From contig OZ365111.1 of the NCBI GenBank assembly GCA_977030845.1, positions 45,446,001 to 45,510,000 on the forward strand: DNA of 64,000 nt, written 5' to 3'. The DNA is from Fimbriosthenelais zetlandica (Eukaryota). Positions 63,113-64,000 of this stretch are shown in pieces. The notes under the pieces were generated by a model that saw only the letters and a program-made list of their open reading frames with translations, was not told the DNA's origin and searched no databases. The translations under genes and the position numbers were made by a program. Within the stretch, counting starts at the first letter, position 1. The number at the start of each line of letters is the position of its first letter.

Positions 63113-63206
63113 TTTCACTTGTTGGTAGGTAAGATATCCAAAATATCCTAGTTGTTGGTCCAAGCTAATCGTAAACACCGCCACTCCACACTCCACACGC
63201 ATGCGC

Positions 63207-63427
63207 GGGCGTCGCTAGGAATTTTCAGACGGCGTTTGTAGATCTAGGAAAGCACCTACAATAGCCAAGATCGAAATCAGTCGGTAGATTTACATTGAAA
63301 ATCTATTGCATCCGAAAGAACAGAGCTACGCTGCCTGTAAACCTGTAAACGGCGAGAGTGTTTTGTTGTGAGCGATAATAGGGGCTTTGGCCGATGGGTC
63401 AGAACGAGCACCCGTCCGGTGGCGCCC
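63207..63427. mobile_element. Harbinger-like MITE containing copy 2 of the ~180-bp repeat
   Basis: Weak termini GGGCGTCGCTAGGA / TCCGGTGGCGCCC; the body matches 61076-61259. Confidence 0.4.
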
Positions 63428-63630
63428 TCGCCCTATATGACCAGTCGTTTAGGTCTTGGCCCACCAAATGTTTTATCTCTATGTTTATAGCCAAAAATGT
63501 TTATATTCAAAATATTGCCGCACAACTTACCTGAATTAGGCCTATATAAAGGTAGGTTGACCCTCAAATTTTCGCGCAGCACCAGGTGGTTTGTTTGTAA
63601 ACCCATCCTCCACCACGTGGTCTTTGCAGT

Positions 63631-64000
63631 AACATCTGACCCTTCCATCTCAAGATCTGGCACTTCCTCCCCCAAATCTGATCATTTCAGCTCCAGATTG
63701 GGCCCTTCCCGCTCAATATCTGATCCTTCCTGATGTGGCCCTTCCTTCCCATTGTGAGGCCCTCCCTGTCCAATATCAGGCCTTTTTAGCTCAAAATCTG
63801 GCCATTACATCTCAAGATCTGCCCTTCCAGCTCAAGATCTGACCCGTCCAGCTCAACATCTGACCCTTCCAGCTCAACATCTGACCCTTCCAGCTCAACA
63901 TCTGACATTTTGACGCCATTTCCTGACCAGGATCTGGCCATTTCAGCTCAGGATCTGGCCATTGCAGCTCAGGATCTGGCCATTTCAGCTCAGGATCTGG
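63631..64000. repeat. 21-bp-period minisatellite, running off the window edge
   Basis: CAGCTCAACATCTGACCCTTC units at 63849, 63870 and 63891; GGATCTGGCCATTTCAGCTCA-type units from about 63930; more diverged units upstream. Confidence 0.9.

Larger units (their letters stand above)
61481..63205 (-). mobile_element. Internally deleted CR1-type non-LTR retrotransposon (5' UTR, ORF1, APE start, RT C-terminus, (ATC)n tail)
   Basis: ORF1 motifs KLNLVISGL, RPRLLGVTF and NVYIRPDLTKKQR. APE N-terminus SNLHAVYANVDNSLLCKIDELRTLAFVHKFDVIALTEIKP joined out of frame to LYKAMVRPHLEYASSIWYP...IERVQRRATK...RGHGLKL...FANRIVNNWNNL. ATC tandem tail at 61481-61493. Confidence 0.93.

Noticed and set aside
1-64000. 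TACAGTA/TACTGTA (classic Tc1 footprints) and TACATGTA as parallel footprint families
   Set aside because: TACAGTA/TACTGTA counts by eye (~14) match expectation (~13). TACATGTA (~8 versus ~2 expected) is suggestive, but I found no internal alignment showing that it is an insertion.

Overview
AT-rich animal genomic DNA, probably an invertebrate deuterostome such as an echinoderm (inference from gene and repeat content). No prokaryotic features or CRISPR arrays. Two + strand protein-coding genes are supported. (1) A BK-channel beta-subunit (KCNMB-like) gene, with coding exons 9542-10030 and 30514-30834 joined in phase 0 across a 20.5-kb intron (269 aa). (2) The first coding exon (56151-57110) of an unidentified Ser/Pro-rich protein with five SxIP-type motifs; no downstream coding exon was found in the window. 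The rest is intronic or intergenic DNA containing a tRNA-derived SINE, a tRNA pseudogene, several MITEs (some only 47-88 bp), palindromes, minisatellites and an internally deleted CR1-type LINE. The most striking signal is about 26 copies of TAGGCCTA (under 1 expected), plus TAGGCTA/TAGCCTA, concentrated in two hotspots. Internal comparisons indicate these arose as 6-bp insertions at TA sites: removing GGCCTA repairs LINE codons and realigns the two arms of a MITE. This matches the excision footprint predicted for an unidentified TA-targeting DNA transposon with GGC...GCC ends.
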